From: a bacterium
GTDB lineage: Bacteria > DUMJ01
Length of the DNA stretch: 40,306 bases
Direction of reading: 5' to 3'
NCBI GenBank assembly: GCA_049970495.1
Contig: JBMFMV010000009.1
Span: 1 to 40,306, forward strand
Position numbers and translations under genes: made by a program. This document shows, piece by piece, positions 36,036 through 40,306 of the stretch (positions within the stretch are counted from its first letter, which is position 1; each line of letters begins with the position of its first letter). The notes under the pieces are model-generated. The model was not told the origin of the DNA. It ran no database searches and was given only the letters and a program-made list of their open reading frames with translations.

Positions 36036-37797
36036 GATAGAATTAGAAGAAGAAGTACTGGGTAAGGCATATGACCCTAAGCTCGCTAGAAGGATATTTA
36101 AACTTGCAGTTCCTTATAAGAAGGAGATCTTTATTACAGTAACTTTTATGCTTATAGCAAGTGCCGCCGATTTAGTTAGGCCATATATTCTAAAATTGGC
36201 TATCGATAAAGCACTACTTTTTAATAACCTTCCGAAGCTTATAACTTATGGAGTATTTTATCTATTATGCATCGGTACAAGTTCGCTATTTTCAGGATTA
36301 CAGTCTTACTTTATGACAAGGATGGGAGAGACTATTGTTTTAAATCTGAGGAATGACCTTTTTGCACATCTTCAAAGGCTTGACCTCTCCTATCACAATA
36401 GAGAAAAAGTTGGTAGAATGATTTCTCGACTTACCTCTGATATTGATGCTATATTAGAGCTTATAAGTTCAGGGATTACTACAATCATTGGTGATGGATT
36501 TGTCCTTATAGGAATAATTATCTTACTATTGAGTATGAATGTTACTCTTACTGGTCTTACCTTTTTACTATTACCAATTCTTTTCATCCTAAGCTTTGAG
36601 TTTAGAAAGAGGATGAGAGATATTTATAGAATGGTTAGAATTAGTATCTCTATAGTTACTGGAAATTTTGCCGAGAGTATAGCAGGGGTAAAAGTTACTA
36701 AGGTTTTTGCTCGTTTCAAGGAGAGTGCTGAGAACTTTTATAGACTTACACAGAATAGTTTAGAAGCAGTTATGAAATCTGTTCGTCTTGCAGGTATATA
36801 TTTCCCTGCAGTAGAACTTGTATCTGCTTGTGGAACTGCCCTTATCTTGTGGTATGGTGGAACTAAAGTGATTCAAGGGGCAATAACTATTGGAACACTA
36901 GTTGCTTTTTTAAACTATCTAGGTAGATTCTTTGGACCAATTCAAGATCTTACTAATATATATAATATCTTACAATCCGCTATGGCTGGGGCTGAGAGGG
37001 TATTTGGAATACTTGATATAGAGCCTAAGATAAAGGATGCTCCAGATGCTATAGATGTAGACTACATCGAAGGTAGAATAGACTTTGAGCATGTATACTT
37101 TGGTTATGAACCAGATCGTTTGATACTCGAAGACTTTAATCTACATATAGAACCTAGTGAAAAGATTGGTATAGCTGGACCTACAGGGGCAGGTAAGACC
37201 TCTATAACTAACTTGTTACTAAGGTTTTATAAGCCTCAAGGTGGAAAGATATTAATAGATGGTATAGACATACAGAAGATATCTAATAGGAGCCTAAGGA
37301 AACTTATAGCTGTTGTCCCTCAGGAACCATTTATATTCTCTGGTACAATCCTAGAGAATATAAGATTTGGTAGATTAGATGCAACAGTAGAGGAAGTAGA
37401 GAGGGCTTGTGAACTGGCCTGTCTTAGTAACCTACTGTCTAGGCTTCCTAAGGGCTTATATACAGAACTTGGAGAGAGAGGCGCAGGGATATCTGTTGGT
37501 GAGAAACAGCTTATATCTATAGCTCGGGCTACACTTGCCGACCCTAGGATACTGATTCTGGATGAGGCAACTTCTAATATAGATACAGAGACAGAAAAAC
37601 TTATACAGATAGCACTTCAAAGGCTTATGGAGGGAAGGACATCTATAATTATAGCACATAGACTCTCTACTATAAAAGAGATGGATAGGATAATTGTTAT
37701 TCAGGATGGAAAGATAACTGAGATGGGGACACATGAAGAGCTACTAAGAAATGGTGGTTTATATTCACACTTAGTAGAAATTAGTGAGAGAGGATAA
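36028..37797 (+). CDS. Type IV ABC exporter, fused TMD-NBD subunit 2
   Basis: TM domain plus GPTGAGKTS, degenerate signature ISVGEKQ, LILDEATS, IAHRLST. ATG 36028 follows AGGTGA; the ORF track starts at GTG 36019. Confidence 0.94.
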   Translation: MPEIELEEEVLGKAYDPKLARRIFKLAVPYKKEIFITVTFMLIASAADLVRPYILKLAIDKALLFNNLPKLITYGVFYLLCIGTSSLFSGLQSYFMTRMGETIVLNLRNDLFAHLQRLDLSYHNREKVGRMISRLTSDIDAILELISSGITTIIGDGFVLIGIIILLLSMNVTLTGLTFLLLPILFILSFEFRKRMRDIYRMVRISISIVTGNFAESIAGVKVTKVFARFKESAENFYRLTQNSLEAVMKSVRLAGIYFPAVELVSACGTALILWYGGTKVIQGAITIGTLVAFLNYLGRFFGPIQDLTNIYNILQSAMAGAERVFGILDIEPKIKDAPDAIDVDYIEGRIDFEHVYFGYEPDRLILEDFNLHIEPSEKIGIAGPTGAGKTSITNLLLRFYKPQGGKILIDGIDIQKISNRSLRKLIAVVPQEPFIFSGTILENIRFGRLDATVEEVERACELACLSNLLSRLPKGLYTELGERGAGISVGEKQLISIARATLADPRILILDEATSNIDTETEKLIQIALQRLMEGRTSIIIAHRLSTIKEMDRIIVIQDGKITEMGTHEELLRNGGLYSHLVEISERG

Positions 37798-39712
37798 GAT
37801 GTCTATAGATAAAAGAGTAGTTATCTTAATTTTAGTTATATCATTAGTGCTCCCTTTGCTCTCTATAGCTAAAAGATTTTCTTTAGAGAGAAAGAATAGA
37901 GGAGTAGAGATTATAATAGACTCTGATGATTTTCAGAGTTTAGCATTCCAAGAAGGTATTACTTTTTATGAATTACTAAGGGAGTTGAGATCTGCAGGTG
38001 TCACTACCCTAAGTATTTCCAGTTTGAATTGGCAGGATTTAGAGGCTAGAAATTATGTTGGAATATTCTCTTATAGAGAGATTGGTAGACTTATACTCTC
38101 GGGTAATACTGATCCGTTGTTATCTGCTCTTTATAGACAAGGTAATCCTTCAGAGACATATGTCATTGTAAGCCCTGGATTTGATATATCGCGAGGGATA
38201 GATATCCTTAAAGATCTTATAGGTTATGGAAGGGTAAGTCTATTTCAGTATAATTCAAATAATGTCTTTATAGTAAAGTCTACCCCTTCTAATCTGAGAA
38301 GCCTCCCTAGTGGATATATAGACTCTTCTCTTATAGAGACTGCTAAATCCTTAGGATATAGAATAGTATTTAGACCTCTAAACACACCGTATATAACTCA
38401 GCGAGTAATCTCTAAGTTATTAGAAGTAATTTTTCCGTATAAGGACTCTACTACTGCATTAGTATTTCAGGGTATAGAGGTGCTTGGATACCCAAGATAT
38501 TTGGAGGATGTTGCTACTCTGATACGAGAAAATAATCTAAATGTGGGAATTGTAGAGTTTACTTCTCAAAAGGGTATGGATATTTTGAGTAAAAAATTGA
38601 GAGGAAATTTTATAAGGCTACACTCTATAACTTCAGGGGAGATGTATAAGCTTAAGCCTAACAATATAGTAGAGAGGGTTACGAGGGCAGTTAGGGAAAG
38701 AAATGTGAGACTTCTCTACCTTAGACCTATCCCTAATCTGTATGAAGAAGAGTCCTTAATAGAGGAAAATATAAAGTTTATCTCCTCTATTAAGAAGGAG
38801 TTAGAAAAAGAAGGCTTTAAAGTCGAGAAAGCTAGCGTTTTACCAGATTGGAAGGGCTTTATTCCTGCTATTTTTTCTATGGGTCTTGGAATAAGTATTG
38901 CTATAATCCTAGTTGGTTTAGATATTCTACCATCTCTTTTAGTCTTGATATTAGCTACATTGGCTTTATTATCAGGAATAGTAGTTACTCTTCTTCCCTT
39001 TTCTATATTTAGGAAACTTTTAGCTCTTGGGGTAGCTTCTATATTTCCTATAGTTCCCATATGGTTAATCATCTTTTCCAATAAGAAAGAATGTAGTATA
39101 TGCAAAGTAGTTAAGATAACTCTACTGAGTTTGGTAGGTGGATTAATAATAAGTGGAGGCTTGTCTTCTACAAGCTTTATGCTTCAGTTAGACCAGTTTA
39201 TAGGTGTAAAAGTTGCTCATATTATCCCGTTCTTACTACTTATAACAGTTATTTATCTTGTCTATAAGGACTCTATCATTAGCATATTGACTTATCCGTT
39301 AAATGTCTTAAGCTTTATAGTGATACTTCTCTTTGTAGGCGGAGGTATACTTTATATCCTTAGAACTGGTAATATCTCTTCAGAAGCAGTCTGGGGTTTT
39401 GAAATAAAAATGAGATCCGCCCTTGAGCAACTTATGTTTGTAAGGCCTAGAACACAGGAGTTTCTTATAGGTTATCCTTCTATATTTTTGGCTCTAGAAT
39501 TTTTGGAGAAGAGAAGAGAGGTAGGGATTATTTTCAGCCTTATCTCATTAATAACACCTATTTCTATTGTGAACTCTTTTTGCCATATACATACCCCAAT
39601 AACTCTCACCCTGTTTAGAACATTAAACGGATTTATATTGGGTTCTATAGTTGGTTATATCTTGCTTGTTATTGTGCGTAGACTTTTAAGGTTCTTTACC
39701 AGGAGTAATTAG
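37784..39712 (+). CDS. DUF5693-like membrane protein (large extracytoplasmic domain plus many C-terminal TM helices)
   Basis: VLFxG-like LVFQGIEVLGYP, IVEF..QKG, RAVRERNVRLLYLRP, F.GVK.AH..P, YI.RTGN, RPRTQEFLIGYP, SIVNSFCHIHTP. Family recalled from these motifs, not searched. Start may be ATG 37799. Confidence 0.72.
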   Translation: MREDKMSIDKRVVILILVISLVLPLLSIAKRFSLERKNRGVEIIIDSDDFQSLAFQEGITFYELLRELRSAGVTTLSISSLNWQDLEARNYVGIFSYREIGRLILSGNTDPLLSALYRQGNPSETYVIVSPGFDISRGIDILKDLIGYGRVSLFQYNSNNVFIVKSTPSNLRSLPSGYIDSSLIETAKSLGYRIVFRPLNTPYITQRVISKLLEVIFPYKDSTTALVFQGIEVLGYPRYLEDVATLIRENNLNVGIVEFTSQKGMDILSKKLRGNFIRLHSITSGEMYKLKPNNIVERVTRAVRERNVRLLYLRPIPNLYEEESLIEENIKFISSIKKELEKEGFKVEKASVLPDWKGFIPAIFSMGLGISIAIILVGLDILPSLLVLILATLALLSGIVVTLLPFSIFRKLLALGVASIFPIVPIWLIIFSNKKECSICKVVKITLLSLVGGLIISGGLSSTSFMLQLDQFIGVKVAHIIPFLLLITVIYLVYKDSIISILTYPLNVLSFIVILLFVGGGILYILRTGNISSEAVWGFEIKMRSALEQLMFVRPRTQEFLIGYPSIFLALEFLEKRREVGIIFSLISLITPISIVNSFCHIHTPITLTLFRTLNGFILGSIVGYILLVIVRRLLRFFTRSN

Positions 39713-40264
39713 ACTTTTCCAAATCTCTTTAGTCTGTGCCTTTGTATGTTCGAAGCTTATGGAAGTGTCTATTCTGTAATTTGCGAAGAGAAGCTTAATC
39801 TCCTGAGCTAACTGAGAAGTCAGTCTCTTTTCTGCCTCATTAGCAGAGATATTCCACTTTTTTATAATTCTTTCCAATAGAATATCTTTAGGAGCGTATG
39901 TTACTATAATTATATCCCCTATATCCCAAGCCCTTACTTCTATATATAGGGGTATCTCCATGACAAGGATTCCTCTATTGGCCTTTTTATATCCTCTAAG
40001 ATATCCTAAGACAAAGGGATGAACTATAGAGTTCAATACATATCTTTTACTTTCGTCGGAGAAGATTCCTTCTACGAATTCTTTAGTACCATAGTCTGGG
40101 AAGAAGTATCCAATCAATCTTTTTACCCTACTATCATTATTTATAAAGCTCTTTGCTATCTCATCGCTTGAGATATAGTCGGCTCCGAATTCTTTAAGAT
40201 AACTGCATACAGTACTTTTACCACTTCCTATCGTGCCAGTAACTACTATGCTTATTTTTGACAT
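39686..40264 (-). CDS. coaE: Dephospho-CoA kinase
   Basis: VTGTIGSGKSTV, LNSIVHP, MEIPL.IE, RL.SQ. Follows mutM. Confidence 0.9.
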   Translation of the reverse strand: MSKISIVVTGTIGSGKSTVCSYLKEFGADYISSDEIAKSFINNDSRVKRLIGYFFPDYGTKEFVEGIFSDESKRYVLNSIVHPFVLGYLRGYKKANRGILVMEIPLYIEVRAWDIGDIIIVTYAPKDILLERIIKKWNISANEAEKRLTSQLAQEIKLLFANYRIDTSISFEHTKAQTKEIWKSLITPGKEP

Positions 40265-40306
40265 CTCGGGCAGTAGTAAGTCCCTCTTCCACCAATCTTT
40301 ATCATA
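40252..40306 (-). CDS. mutM: Formamidopyrimidine-DNA glycosylase, C-terminal zinc-finger fragment (truncated by window end)
   Basis: The minus strand reads ...MIKIGGRGTYYCPRCQK*, the Fpg C-terminal signature. mutM-coaE synteny. Confidence 0.88.
   Translation of the reverse strand, partial: MIKIGGRGTYYCPRCQK

Noticed and set aside
2708..39105. Numerous short antisense ORFs in the six-frame track (e.g. 7908-8240, 26560-26913, 32093-32587, 33446-33874, 38716-39105)
   Set aside because: They lie opposite well-supported genes, are Ser/Ile/Leu/Phe-rich as expected for reverse-complement shadows, and have no recognisable motifs.
1..40306. CRISPR arrays, IS elements, rRNA, prophage or defence systems
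   Set aside because: No regularly spaced repeats, transposases, terminal inverted repeats or phage genes were seen, and all intergenic gaps are under 200 nt.

Overview
AT-rich bacterial chromosomal core region, densely packed and with heavily shuffled gene order. It looks like an anaerobic, probably thermophilic diderm; a Dictyoglomota/Firmicutes-adjacent lineage is a guess only. In order: the 3' end of tuf, rpmG and tRNA-Trp run directly into a ~12 kb flagellar cluster (flgF-flgG-flgA-flgH-flgI-flgJ, HDOD, an FtsA-like actin ATPase with tandem beta-grasp repeats, yvyF, then a sigma28 promoter ahead of flgN-flgM-flgK-flgL-fliW-csrA). Next come gatD, a Gfo/Idh/MocA oxidoreductase, an LptD-like barrel, tRNA-Ser(GCT) and an atypical tRNA-Arg(CCG). 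These are followed by phoH-pgpH-ybeY-dgkA/PAP2-CNNM-cdd-GH1, nudF-endoQ-xerD-fabI, ridA, rhamnose isomerase and rhaB, hslU, alaS, a heterodimeric ABC exporter, a DUF5693-like protein, coaE and the 3' end of mutM. No mobile elements or CRISPR arrays were seen. Best leads: (1) the HDOD + actin/ubiquitin-like-repeat module embedded in the flagellar rod/ring operon; (2) a bacterial EndoQ ending in a perfect beta-clamp motif, QLSLF; (3) a tRNA-Arg(CCG) with C33 and G15:G48; (4) flagellar genes occupying the secE-nusG position behind tRNA-Trp; (5) probable AUA initiation of phoH. All calls come from manual motif recognition; no searches were run.
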